In this document: positions 38,336 through 47,681 of the stretch, in pieces
How positions within the stretch are numbered: the stretch's first letter is position 1
How the letters are laid out: each line of letters begins with the position of its first letter
Assembly: GCA_015520605.1 (NCBI GenBank)
Contig: WAPT01000016.1
Location: forward strand, 1 to 52,322
Source: Nanobdellati archaeon
GTDB taxonomy: Archaea; EX4484-52; WAPT01
Length of the DNA: 52,322 nt
Reading direction: 5' to 3'
Program-made: the position numbers and the translations under genes
The notes under the pieces: model-generated
Seen by the model: the letters and a program-made list of their open reading frames with translations, nothing else
Database searches by the model: none
Told to the model about the DNA's origin: nothing

Positions 38336-38679
38336 CTGCGCGAGAATATTTGCTTAAGGCTTTGTGGTGAGAATTTCAACCTGAAGCCTTTCCCTTCACC
38401 ATCCGCTAGCCTGAGCGCCCTCCTCAACCTAAATAGAAGCCTCACAAGATTTATGTTGGTGAGCAATCTTATCATATTCGCTTCAAGCAACGTAATCTCT
38501 TTCGATGTGGGATCTACTCTGAATCGCCCTACCACACGTCTGTCTCTTCTTTTTGATCCACGTCTCCTGCTTTTCAAATAGACGGTTGCCTCAATTTCCA
38601 CTCCACTCTTTTCAGCGAGTCTTAAAATTTCCCTTATTTCAGAGGGGTTGAGGTTTTCCGATTTATTTTTTTTTCTCAT
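38332..38679 (-). CDS. Basic hypothetical protein
   Basis: 115-aa Arg/Lys-rich ORF divergent from the ATPase. Confidence 0.6.
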   Translation of the reverse strand: MRKKNKSENLNPSEIREILRLAEKSGVEIEATVYLKSRRRGSKRRDRRVVGRFRVDPTSKEITLLEANMIRLLTNINLVRLLFRLRRALRLADGEGKGFRLKFSPQSLKQIFSRS

Positions 38680-38749
38680 ATGGGAAGGTTGTAAGTCAAT
38701 CTTTAAATTTTGAAAAATTTAATATTACGCCCTTACCAAATTAAAAACC

Positions 38750-40021
38750 ATGCACAAGATCATTGTTGGCAGGGATTCTTGGGATCTCGAGAAGTATGGA
38801 GATGCTGGGACGGGATACGTAGGAAAGAACTACGCCGGAGAGAAGAAGGAAGCCAGGCTGACCATCCCGATTTATATGGATCTCGCGAGACCTCATGTTG
38901 TAGGGATTTTTGGAAAAAGAGGTATGGGTAAATCCTATACCATGGGTACCATAGCGGAAGAGATAATGCTCCTGCCCGAGAGTATAAGGAAAAATATGAG
39001 TGCGATCATTATAGACACCATGGGAATCTTCTGGAGCATGAAGTATCCGAACGACAGGGATTTCAAGGCACTGTTGTCTTGGAATCTTCATCCTCGTGGC
39101 TTTCCCGTTGAGATCCTCGTGCCCAAAGGATTGGAGGACGAGTACAAAAGTGAAGAGATACCGTATGACGGTACATTTTCCTTTTCTGCCAGCGAACTGA
39201 CAGCTGAAGATTGGGGATATACTTTCGAGATAGATCTGATGAGTGAGGTCGGGGTTTTTCTCGAGAGGTTCATAAAGGAGCTCAGGGAAAATGAAAAGAC
39301 TTACACTATGGAAACGCTGATGTATGCCCTTGAAGACATGCCGTCCAGCCATATAAGAGATGCTCTGATCAACAGGTTCAGCGTCGCAGAGGAATGGGGT
39401 ATATTTTCGCCTGCTGGAAGCGGTATGAGTGAAATTGTGAAACCGGGCATGGTTACCGTTCTTGATATCTCGCTCCTCGGCTCTTTCTCTCTTGGATGGA
39501 ACGTTAAAACGCTGGTCGTGGGACTTCTCGCAAGAAAGCTTCTGCACGAAAGAATGAAAGCGAGGAGAAAGGAAGAAATCGATAGCATGAGCGGAATTGA
39601 GAGATCGCATATGCCGATAGTGTGGATGTTTCTGGATGAAGCGCACCAGTTCCTCCCAGAAACTGGAAAGACAGCAGCAACAGATCCGCTCATACAGTGG
39701 GTCAAGGTTGGAAGAGAGCCCGGCGTTTCCCTTGTGCTTGCAACCCAGCAACCAAACAAATTGCATGAAGCCGCAATAAGCCAGATGGATGTTGTTATAT
39801 CACACAGACTCACCGCAAGCTCAGACCTGAACGCTCTTAGAAACATAATGCAGACATATCTTAGGTATGACCTCGCATCCTACATAGACGCGCTCCCAAG
39901 AGTTAAGGGTGCGGCCATTATTCTGGATGACAACTCGGAAAGAATTTACGCTGCCCAGATGAGGCCGCGCATTTCTTGGCATGCGGGAGGAACACCCATA
40001 GCGATAAAAGAAACAGAATAG
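38750..40021 (+). CDS. HerA/FtsK-like ATPase (DUF87)
   Basis: HVVGIFGKRGMGKSYT Walker A, FLDEAHQF Walker B, GREPGVSLVLATQQP. Confidence 0.9.
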   Translation: MHKIIVGRDSWDLEKYGDAGTGYVGKNYAGEKKEARLTIPIYMDLARPHVVGIFGKRGMGKSYTMGTIAEEIMLLPESIRKNMSAIIIDTMGIFWSMKYPNDRDFKALLSWNLHPRGFPVEILVPKGLEDEYKSEEIPYDGTFSFSASELTAEDWGYTFEIDLMSEVGVFLERFIKELRENEKTYTMETLMYALEDMPSSHIRDALINRFSVAEEWGIFSPAGSGMSEIVKPGMVTVLDISLLGSFSLGWNVKTLVVGLLARKLLHERMKARRKEEIDSMSGIERSHMPIVWMFLDEAHQFLPETGKTAATDPLIQWVKVGREPGVSLVLATQQPNKLHEAAISQMDVVISHRLTASSDLNALRNIMQTYLRYDLASYIDALPRVKGAAIILDDNSERIYAAQMRPRISWHAGGTPIAIKETE

Positions 40022-40024
40022 ACT

Positions 40025-41170
40025 TCACTTTTTATTGTTGCCACTGCTTTTATCGTCACTTCTGGAAGCCTGCATTTTCTCATTTTCACTTTCCTCGCGG
40101 TTCTCAAACCTAACATCAGTGGGAAGATTGTTGCCAAAGTAAATTTTTCTGACGGGCCAGGAAATTTCTATTCCTTCTTCATCGAACCTTTTCTTTATGG
40201 CTTTTATCAACTCATGGGTTATGGTGTAACGGTAAGCATAATCTTTGGCCCTCACTATTATTGAAAAATCTATGTTCGAATCCCCGAAATTTTTGTATCT
40301 CACTAATGGGTTCCAGGAAGTGTCGCAGAATTCACTCAGTCTTTTTTGCACTTCCTTGGCGACCTCAACGACTATTTTCTCCACCCGTTCAAGATCTGAG
40401 TCATAGGACACACCACAGCTAACAACAACGTTGGTGGGCTTTACCGGCATGGCATAGTTAATTATCTTGCTTTGGGCGATTTTGGAATTCGGCAAAATTA
40501 CGGAGTAATCAGCGAGGGTTCTTATTTTTGTAGATCTCCACCCCACATCCTCAACGTAACCCACAGTTCCGTCTTCCAATTCCACAAAGTCACCAACTCT
40601 GATGGGTTTGTCTGAGAGAAGGTGTAGCCCAGCGAAAAAATCCGATAGCGTTCCCTGTAACGCGAGACCGATGGCAAGCGAACCCACACCCAGAGTTGTT
40701 AGGAGCGGTGCAAGCGCCACATTAAAATAGTCGAGAATGGTTAAAACACCTATAAGGAACACAAAAAGATAGATGACTTTTGAAACAACCCCCGGAAGCT
40801 TCACTTTCTTTTCCCTCTCGAACCAGTAAGTAGCGAAAAACACGAAAATCTCAGCCATCATCCATGATGCTGCAAGCGCCCCGGCTATCACAAAGAATTT
40901 CTCAATTGTGGTAAAAAATTCTATCCTCATACTAAGAATGTTTGCTGAAGTGTACAGGCCTATGAGAACCACAACAAGTATCAGTGGACGAGAGATTATA
41001 TCAAGAAGCAGATCGTCGAGCTCACTTTCCGTTTTTCTCGCCTTTCTTCTGAAATACGGAATTATGATTTTGATTAAGACACATATACCCACAAGGAAAA
41101 TGAGGAAGTTAAGGATAGCTAATCCTACATCGGTGTGGAGGAAAAACCTCATTATCTGTTCAAACACCAT
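40025..41170 (-). CDS. mscS: Small-conductance mechanosensitive channel
   Basis: LGVGSLAIGLALQGTLSDFFAG, PIRVGDFV, GWRSTKIRT, PNSK, VSYDSD. Confidence 0.93.
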   Translation of the reverse strand: MVFEQIMRFFLHTDVGLAILNFLIFLVGICVLIKIIIPYFRRKARKTESELDDLLLDIISRPLILVVVLIGLYTSANILSMRIEFFTTIEKFFVIAGALAASWMMAEIFVFFATYWFEREKKVKLPGVVSKVIYLFVFLIGVLTILDYFNVALAPLLTTLGVGSLAIGLALQGTLSDFFAGLHLLSDKPIRVGDFVELEDGTVGYVEDVGWRSTKIRTLADYSVILPNSKIAQSKIINYAMPVKPTNVVVSCGVSYDSDLERVEKIVVEVAKEVQKRLSEFCDTSWNPLVRYKNFGDSNIDFSIIVRAKDYAYRYTITHELIKAIKKRFDEEGIEISWPVRKIYFGNNLPTDVRFENREESENEKMQASRSDDKSSGNNKK

Positions 41171-41274
41171 GCTGATAAGTTTACGGAGAAGAGATAAAAA
41201 GGTTTTTCATATTCTCCGGTGAAAAAAGAAGGAGAGGATGTGTCGGGCTCGGCGGAGGGGGTTCAGCAACAGTA

Positions 41275-41541
41275 TCAGCTTATTACACCTCTGTGGTTGA
41301 TACCTGCACTCCACAACAAATCCTGAAGTGTTGTCTCTCTTTTCCCATACTTTCCAAAAGCGTGAGGGAACATATCCGCCAATTCCTCTATTCTTTTCCT
41401 TGCTTCCTCCTTTGCCTTCTGGAACTTTTTCTCGTGCTCTATGGAAAGGTTCCTGAACTCATAAAATAACATATCCTTTGGATTTAGGCCCATCTCTTTG
41501 AGCTTGTTTTTGAGCAGGATCATCTCATCCTGTAACACCAC
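41275..41541 (-). CDS. Hypothetical protein (88 aa)
   Basis: GGAGGTG SD before the GTG start. Confidence 0.65.
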   Translation of the reverse strand: MVLQDEMILLKNKLKEMGLNPKDMLFYEFRNLSIEHEKKFQKAKEEARKRIEELADMFPHAFGKYGKRETTLQDLLWSAGINHRGVIS

Positions 41542-41574
41542 ACACCACCTCCGCGAAAGAGTTTTAAGGTATCA

Positions 41575-41751
41575 TTACTGAGTTGCATAGCTAAGGATGG
41601 TCTGCTGAATAACCTGCTCATGAAGCTGGTGGAGAGGTTTGCCGTTCACATAAACTGGGTAAATCTTGCTGAGCTCTATTATCATTCTCCTTATCCTTTT
41701 CACTTCTTCTGGGTTTGGTCTGCCAGTACGTTTGATCATCTCCCGTGCCAT
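41575..41751 (-). CDS. Small hypothetical protein (58 aa), not in the ORF track
   Basis: GGGGTGAT SD; MAREMIKRTGRPNPEEVKRIRRMIIELSKIYPVYVNGKPLHQLHEQVIQQTILSYATQ*. Confidence 0.65.
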   Translation of the reverse strand: MAREMIKRTGRPNPEEVKRIRRMIIELSKIYPVYVNGKPLHQLHEQVIQQTILSYATQ

Positions 41752-41900
41752 CAGGTATCACCCCCGTGAAAAGAAATAGTTCGGTCGGGGTATTTAAGGT
41801 CCCACATACACCCTTGCCGAAAGATAGAGAATATTGCCGATAAAATTGAGAGTCAGCTTGAGAAATACACAACCCGTCTCCATTTGAAAAGAGGACGTTG

Positions 41901-42467
41901 TTAGAACATCCCCTCATTCTGGATAAAGATCGCTAGAGCTTCTATAGCCTTCCTTCTGTGTGATACCTTCTTTTTATATTCATAGTCCTCCGCAAAGGTC
42001 CTACCATGACCCTTCGGAATAAAAATTGGATCAAAACCAAAACCCGCGGTACCTTTCGCCTCTTCAGCTATTCTACCAAGACATTCTCCTGTGAAGAGCC
42101 TAATGTCATTCTCATTCAGAGCCAGAGCAATGACAGCCCTAAATTTCGCGCTTCTGTCTTCAACACCCTCCATTAGTTTAAGGATTCCACGAATCCCTAT
42201 GGTTCTGTAAACGTAGGAGGAGTACACACCAGGAAAACCCTTAAGGGCGTTTATAAGCAGACCGGTATCCTCCACCATGACCGCATGGCCGATCAGCTTG
42301 TAAGCTTCCCTGGCTTTAAATTCCGCCACGCTTTCCAGCCCATCGCTTTGAATTTCCGGCAGGTTGAGTTCGATGTGCCTCACATCAATACCGTGAGGTA
42401 AAAGAGCTTCCTTAATTTCCTTCACTTTATTTACGTTGGAAGTTACAAAATATATGGTTTGATGCAT
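41901..42467 (-). CDS. rdgB: Non-canonical purine NTP pyrophosphatase (RdgB/HAM1)
   Basis: FVTSNVNKVKE, VEDTGL..NAL.GFPG, GFGFDPIF, SHRRKA. Confidence 0.95.
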   Translation of the reverse strand: MHQTIYFVTSNVNKVKEIKEALLPHGIDVRHIELNLPEIQSDGLESVAEFKAREAYKLIGHAVMVEDTGLLINALKGFPGVYSSYVYRTIGIRGILKLMEGVEDRSAKFRAVIALALNENDIRLFTGECLGRIAEEAKGTAGFGFDPIFIPKGHGRTFAEDYEYKKKVSHRRKAIEALAIFIQNEGMF

Positions 42468-42550
42468 GCACAATGCACCGTTGAACGGTTGGTGGGAAAA
42501 AATTTTTAAATGTGATTCACGATACTGCTTGGGTTGTTGGTGGCTTACCC

Positions 42551-43099
42551 ATGGAGACAGAGGACGACCCCCATCCTCAGCACGGTTTTTATATATGGGG
42601 CGGAGATAGGGACAGAGTTTTTGCTCACTACAGTTGTAACGGTTTCTCTAAATTAGAGGATAATGGTGAAGAAGGAAACGACGATGTTGACATTCAGAAA
42701 TTCTTGGATGAAATCTTCGGCGATGATGAAACAATAAATATCGTAGTACTGGGAAAACACAAACGGGGATCTCCCGAATACGGTGTCTGCGTATATACAA
42801 GAAATGAGCCCTATTTGGTTATGAAAGGTGAAGAGATATACAGGGCAATCAAAAACAACATTAACGGTAAAAGTGAGAGCGGTTTACTTACCACCAGAGA
42901 GGATATTCGCAAACCGAATGGTGGTGAAAATAATTCTTGGGTGAAAGTGGGCGAGATTTGCGGGAAGTGTCTGCCGCTTGAAGTTGCGAAAGAAGATATT
43001 GCTTTAGAAATGATGAAAGCATGTCTTATGAAATCCTACAGAAATAATTATCCTGACGCGGGAGAGATCCAACCATATGCCATGTGCAGAAAAACCTGA
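42551..43099 (+). CDS. Hypothetical protein
   Basis: Long open frame ending just before the tRNA-Gly 3' end; no family recognised. Confidence 0.65.
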   Translation: METEDDPHPQHGFYIWGGDRDRVFAHYSCNGFSKLEDNGEEGNDDVDIQKFLDEIFGDDETINIVVLGKHKRGSPEYGVCVYTRNEPYLVMKGEEIYRAIKNNINGKSESGLLTTREDIRKPNGGENNSWVKVGEICGKCLPLEVAKEDIALEMMKACLMKSYRNNYPDAGEIQPYAMCRKT

Positions 43100-43115
43100 A
43101 CTGATTCTGATGTGA

Positions 43116-43189
43116 TGGTGCGCCGGCCGGGATTCGAACCCGGGCCATCGGCTTGGAAGGCCGATGTCATACCCCTAGACTACCGGCGC
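43116..43189 (-). tRNA. tRNA-Gly(TCC)
   Basis: GCGCCGG acceptor stem, TCGGC-CTTCCAA-GCCGA anticodon arm, GGTTCGAATCC T-arm, encoded CCA. Confidence 0.97.
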
Positions 43190-43415
43190 GCGATTTGAGG
43201 GAATTTGAGGGAGTATTGATTTCTGAATAAATTTTAGTAAAAATTATTTAAAGCTTCATAGTTCGCTAAAGTCTCCAACACTTTCTTTGTTGTGCTAAAT
43301 AATATCTACGCTGGTTGGTATCCTCCCTAAAACTTGTGGAACTCTCAGTACTCAACTCTAGTTATGGCTTTCCAGAGATCATCGCTCGTCGTTGTAAAAG
43401 GAACAGTGTGTACAA

Positions 43416-43691
43416 TTATACCTTAAGAATTTCGTGTATCAGTCTGTATTTCTCGACTTCTGCCGGCCATGCAACGAGGGCTCTGTCTATCCTTTTCACC
43501 TTTATTAAGTCTTCCCTTGCCAGTTGGTCAAAGTGATACTTGATTTTCGAAATCACACCTTTCTGTTTTTTCGGATCTTCCGTCCAAATTCCAAGTTCCT
43601 TGGCAACTTCAGTTACATGTGTGGGCCATTTCTGATTTATTATCTCAAGAATTCTATCTCTGAGTTGCTTTCCACTCAAATTATCCCCCAT
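43416..43691 (-). CDS. Winged helix-turn-helix protein
   Basis: RILEII...PTHVTEVAKELG...IKYHFDQLAREDLIKVKR ArsR-like wHTH pattern. Confidence 0.75.
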   Translation of the reverse strand: MGDNLSGKQLRDRILEIINQKWPTHVTEVAKELGIWTEDPKKQKGVISKIKYHFDQLAREDLIKVKRIDRALVAWPAEVEKYRLIHEILKV

Positions 43692-43981
43692 AGTTTTAGA
43701 TTTTGAATACAAAAATTTTAATTATGTGAAGGGCTGTGTTGAAGGTGTGTGAACTATATTGTCATTTGGCTCGATCGCTCTTCGTTTTTATAGCAGTATT
43801 CATTTCTGTAAAAGTTGCTTACAAGATTGTTGTTTGAACCATCGGATTTTAAATGTGGTAACAAATTACTCGACGTGTTTTTTACACATATGGTTCTCTT
43901 TGCTTTTTTCTTGCTTCCTAATAAATTCCCAGTATGTGCGTTCGGAAAATTATATATAGTTACACTTCATTTTAACTCTAT

Positions 43982-44413
43982 ATGAAAATAAAGCACTCGT
44001 TTGTATCGCTGCTGGATCTTCCTGAAGTTCTGCCATTTGCAGTTTTTCCAGGAGAAAAAGAACCAAAAGACAAAGAGCTCTTTGATTTTGTTGACGCGAT
44101 TGCCGAACAATTTGGAGAGGAGATATACTATATAGGAAACGACATAATTGAAGATAAATTTTATGAGAGGTTTTTGTTTGAAAAAGGCGGATTCCTTGAG
44201 GTGATGGTGCAGGCGCCTGCTGCCATAATAGCACATTTTGTGGAGCGTTCCAGAGCTTTTAAGTTTGCAAGAGCATTGAAGCGGGTGATACTTTCAATTG
44301 ACAGGCCGGAAGCTAAACTGCTTGCAGATGGAATAGAGGTTTCAAGTGAGAATGAGGAAGCACTGGATTACCAGACGTGGTCGAAGCTTAAAAAAGTGAG
44401 GGAAGTTTTGTGA
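43982..44413 (+). CDS. Hypothetical protein
   Basis: 143-aa ORF preceded by TTATATATA box; 7 nt upstream of the V4R gene. Confidence 0.75.
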   Translation: MKIKHSFVSLLDLPEVLPFAVFPGEKEPKDKELFDFVDAIAEQFGEEIYYIGNDIIEDKFYERFLFEKGGFLEVMVQAPAAIIAHFVERSRAFKFARALKRVILSIDRPEAKLLADGIEVSSENEEALDYQTWSKLKKVREVL

Positions 44414-44420
44414 TGTTCCT

Positions 44421-44903
44421 ATGCACCCACTAGCCAAAAAGCTCCTGGTTTCAAGACAGCTGCAGATGGAAGAAGGCGATCTCAGAGTGCTTGGTGATAA
44501 TATGATCATACTTCCCGCAGATGTTCTTCTCGAATTTAATGAGCTTTTAGATGAAAAAATCGTGTACAGAATTGGCGAGATAATTGGGGACAGAATGGCT
44601 TCTACCCTGAAGAAATACGGTATAAGTGGAATGAAGCTCGTGGATTTTTGTCTGAATTTGATGTCAATGTATGGATGGGGTAAGCCATCCATAGTAAGAG
44701 TGGGCGAAAAAACGTTTTTAATGGTTGAGCATTCTGTTATCGCTCTGAAAGCCATAGAAAAACAGAAAAAATATAGATGCTGTGGCTTGCTTGCAGGAAT
44801 ATTTGCCGGATTGTTTTCAAACGCTATGGGCAAAAAAATGACTGCCAGAGAAGTTAAGTGCTTCGCCCTTGGAGAGAAGTTCTGTGAGTTTGAAATTTTT
44901 TAG
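44421..44903 (+). CDS. V4R (vinyl-4-reductase) domain protein
   Basis: YRIGEIIG, MYGWGK, CCGLLAGIFAG, REVKCFALGEKFCEF. Confidence 0.88.
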   Translation: MHPLAKKLLVSRQLQMEEGDLRVLGDNMIILPADVLLEFNELLDEKIVYRIGEIIGDRMASTLKKYGISGMKLVDFCLNLMSMYGWGKPSIVRVGEKTFLMVEHSVIALKAIEKQKKYRCCGLLAGIFAGLFSNAMGKKMTAREVKCFALGEKFCEFEIF

Positions 44904-45001
44904 TTTTTGGTATGGTTTAAAACTTTAAAATTCGCTTTTTGTCGAGCATCTTGAACTTGTTTTGTGTAACTTTTATTAATGGACGGTGTTTAATTCTGAA
45001 A

Positions 45002-45033
45002 TGAGTTTGATTTTGACTCAAATCGTATTTGAG
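45002..45033. promoter_or_regulatory. Overlapping inverted repeats (putative operator) upstream of FIST-luxE-luxC
   Basis: TGAGT-N9-ACTCA (45002-45020) and CTCAAAT-CGT-ATTTGAG (45017-45033), downstream of TTTTATTAA at 44971. Confidence 0.45.
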
Positions 45034-45047
45034 AGTAGATTTAAACT

Positions 45048-46460
45048 ATGGTGAAAAAGATGGGCAAATACATCCATGCCGGCACAGGCATAAGCAGTGC
45101 TGAGGATCCCACTCAGGCGGGGAAAGAAGCTGTTGAGATGGCTCTGGAAAAGCTTAAGGAAGATGGTGGTAAAAAACCTGATTTTGCGGTTGTTTTCTGT
45201 TCAGGCGGAAAATATGGAAAAAACGACAAGACCATCAAAAAGTTCGTTGATGCTGTGCATGAAGCACTGACGTCAGCAAACAAAGATGTTAAATGGATAG
45301 GATGCACAACTGCTGGCGAGATCAGTAATTATGGTATCAATTTCGGTAGCGCTGTTGTAGGGGTTATTGAATCGGATTATATACGCTGGGGGGTGGGTTA
45401 CGCCGAAGGTGCAAAGGAAAAACCATATGAAGCTGGAAAGAAAGCTGCGAAGAGAGCTCTTGATGATTTGAAAGTTGACAAATATTTAGATGCATACATT
45501 TCATTCCAAATGTTGAAAAAGAAACATCCTGGTGAGTTAGTGAAGAACAAACAGTTCGTTATGCTTACTTTAAACCCAGGATTTACTCTAAAGGAGAGCG
45601 GTTGGGAAAATGATATTCTAGATGGAATTAAGGATGTTGTGGGAGTATTCACCCCAATTGTAGGTGGATCTGCCACGGACGATATGCGTTTTCTTGAAAA
45701 TTTCCAATTTGTTAACGGAATAGTCTCTAATAATTTGTGTATATGTGCTGCATTGTACAGCAATCTGAAGCTAGGTTTTGGACTAGCACATGGATTCAAA
45801 CCTACTGAGAAGACAGGCATTGTTACGGATGCAGAAGGAAACGTTCTAAAGAGAATTAACAATAAGCCAGCACTTGACGTGTATTCTAGTTTTGTTGGAA
45901 TGAAAAAAGAGTATTTAATAGATGGGTTCAAATCGCTCGAGCGACTTAAAAGCATGCCTCTCGCATTAATTTCATTTACATCTAAAATGAAGCTTACAGA
46001 AACCTTATTGAAAAAATCAAAGTTTATGCAACTAATAGCCAAAAATCCTTTAGGTGTCCCTGATATAAATGGAATATATTGGCTAAAAGTGGTAAACAAT
46101 TGCTTAGCTAATGATGCACTTTTATTAAATTCTAAAATTGAAAAAAATCTACCCATAGTTCTCATGAAATTTGACAAAAAGTCGGTGTTTTCTGCAACAC
46201 TTGATTCAATTGAAAGTAGTTGTAAGGATATGAAATCTCCAAAATTTGCGATAATTTTTGAATGTGCTGGAAGATTACTACTAATTGGGAAAGAAAACAT
46301 TTTTAAGTGTTACGAATTAGTTAATAAAAAGTATGGAAATATGATGTATGTAGGGTTTTATAGTGGTGGTGAAATTGGACTCACCAGAAAAACCTCAAGT
46401 GGGATACATGCTTATACGTGTACTTCATTAACAATTGATGATGAGCTAATACTTGAATAA
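45048..46460 (+). CDS. FIST domain (FIST_N + FIST_C) sensory protein
   Basis: PDFAVVFCS, IGCTTAGEI, PIVGGSATD, HGFKP, RINNKPALDVY, FECAGR, GFYSGGEI. Confidence 0.9.
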   Translation: MVKKMGKYIHAGTGISSAEDPTQAGKEAVEMALEKLKEDGGKKPDFAVVFCSGGKYGKNDKTIKKFVDAVHEALTSANKDVKWIGCTTAGEISNYGINFGSAVVGVIESDYIRWGVGYAEGAKEKPYEAGKKAAKRALDDLKVDKYLDAYISFQMLKKKHPGELVKNKQFVMLTLNPGFTLKESGWENDILDGIKDVVGVFTPIVGGSATDDMRFLENFQFVNGIVSNNLCICAALYSNLKLGFGLAHGFKPTEKTGIVTDAEGNVLKRINNKPALDVYSSFVGMKKEYLIDGFKSLERLKSMPLALISFTSKMKLTETLLKKSKFMQLIAKNPLGVPDINGIYWLKVVNNCLANDALLLNSKIEKNLPIVLMKFDKKSVFSATLDSIESSCKDMKSPKFAIIFECAGRLLLIGKENIFKCYELVNKKYGNMMYVGFYSGGEIGLTRKTSSGIHAYTCTSLTIDDELILE

Positions 46461-46480
46461 AACCACATGAGGTGTGTTTT

Positions 46481-47659
46481 ATGGACAAACTGGAGGCGTA
46501 TAGGCAGCTTGTTGATAGAATGAATGATTTAATTTCCAATGAACATCCTTTCAAAAATAATCATAAAAAAATAAAACTTCTTAGAGATGTTATAAACTTC
46601 CATTTTGATCACAATGAATTTTATAGGAAAGTGTTGAGTATAATACCCAGTGACGGGGATGTGGAAAATATAAAAGAACCTTCTGATGTACCTCCTTTAC
46701 CCACTCATGTTTTTAAGCGGAGTGTAGGGAAGTATGCTGACTTTGTTACGGTTAGAGAGATACCCTTCAAGTATTATACGTCAAGTGCTACTGGTGGGGA
46801 TCCAAGTCTGGTCGCAAGAACTGATGATGATAAGGAGATAATGAAATCCGTATATTATGACCGATACGTAGATTTTTTGGGAGATAATGGTTTTGGAGAA
46901 AAATTATTCGCTTTTGCACCGCCTCATCCAAAACTAGGCACAGCACAGATCGCTCAGATCTACGCAAAGATAAATGAAAATGTTCCTGTGGAGTACTTGG
47001 TAGAGTTAGATGAAAAGGGTGCGAGAGTGGTTCCAGAACTTTTATTGAAAGAGTTACCTAAGCTAGAGAAATCTGATGTGGTGTTTACGGTGGGCGGTTC
47101 TGTTCCTCTTACATACCACACCCTTTTAAAGTTCAAGGAAAAGGGTCTAAGTTGGGATTTTAACGGACGATGTAAAATTGCCGTTGGCGCTGGAGGTTGG
47201 GATGGTGTTAAAGGAAGTATCAATTTACCGCCCATTTCCAAAAAAGATTTCATAGACCTTATGTATCAACTGTTTAGGACACCTTCCGATAAAATTGTGG
47301 ATGGATATGCAACATCAGAAATATCAGTGTTATTTCCAGGTCACTGGTCTGAGGAGCACCAAGATTTTCTATATCATACCCCTGTTGCTTATGGTAATGT
47401 ACTTATTAGAGATTCTAGAAACTATGAGATTCTAGAAGGAGAAGGATCAAGAGGACTCATTAATATAATCAGCCCACTTGCACCGACTACAGCAGGTACA
47501 AATTCCCTCGTTGTTTCTGATATAGTCGAGCTTGTAGCGGAGGATAAATGTGATGAATGCGGGAGAAGAGGTCCTGTATTCAGGTACATATCAAGAGATA
47601 AATCCTCTTACAAGACAGGATGTGGTGCGATGGTTCTGAAATATCTCAAGGAACTATGA
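46481..47659 (+). CDS. luxE: LuxE-like acyl-protein synthetase
   Basis: FHFDHNEFYR, VPPLPTHVFK, TSSATGG loop, GGWDG, DGYATSE, SDIV...CDECGR, C-terminal RD...KTGCG; GAGGTG SD. Confidence 0.8.
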   Translation: MDKLEAYRQLVDRMNDLISNEHPFKNNHKKIKLLRDVINFHFDHNEFYRKVLSIIPSDGDVENIKEPSDVPPLPTHVFKRSVGKYADFVTVREIPFKYYTSSATGGDPSLVARTDDDKEIMKSVYYDRYVDFLGDNGFGEKLFAFAPPHPKLGTAQIAQIYAKINENVPVEYLVELDEKGARVVPELLLKELPKLEKSDVVFTVGGSVPLTYHTLLKFKEKGLSWDFNGRCKIAVGAGGWDGVKGSINLPPISKKDFIDLMYQLFRTPSDKIVDGYATSEISVLFPGHWSEEHQDFLYHTPVAYGNVLIRDSRNYEILEGEGSRGLINIISPLAPTTAGTNSLVVSDIVELVAEDKCDECGRRGPVFRYISRDKSSYKTGCGAMVLKYLKEL

Positions 47660-47681
47660 TATTTCTTTAGCGGGGGGTTTT

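Noticed and set aside
41618-41917. 99-aa track ORF downstream of rdgB
   Set aside because: A different frame (41575..41751) has a strong SD and more protein-like composition.
43194-43212. ATTTGAGGGA tandem repeat next to tRNA-Gly as a possible att site
   Set aside because: Only 10 nt, on the tRNA 5' side, with no matching copy at the other end of the region.
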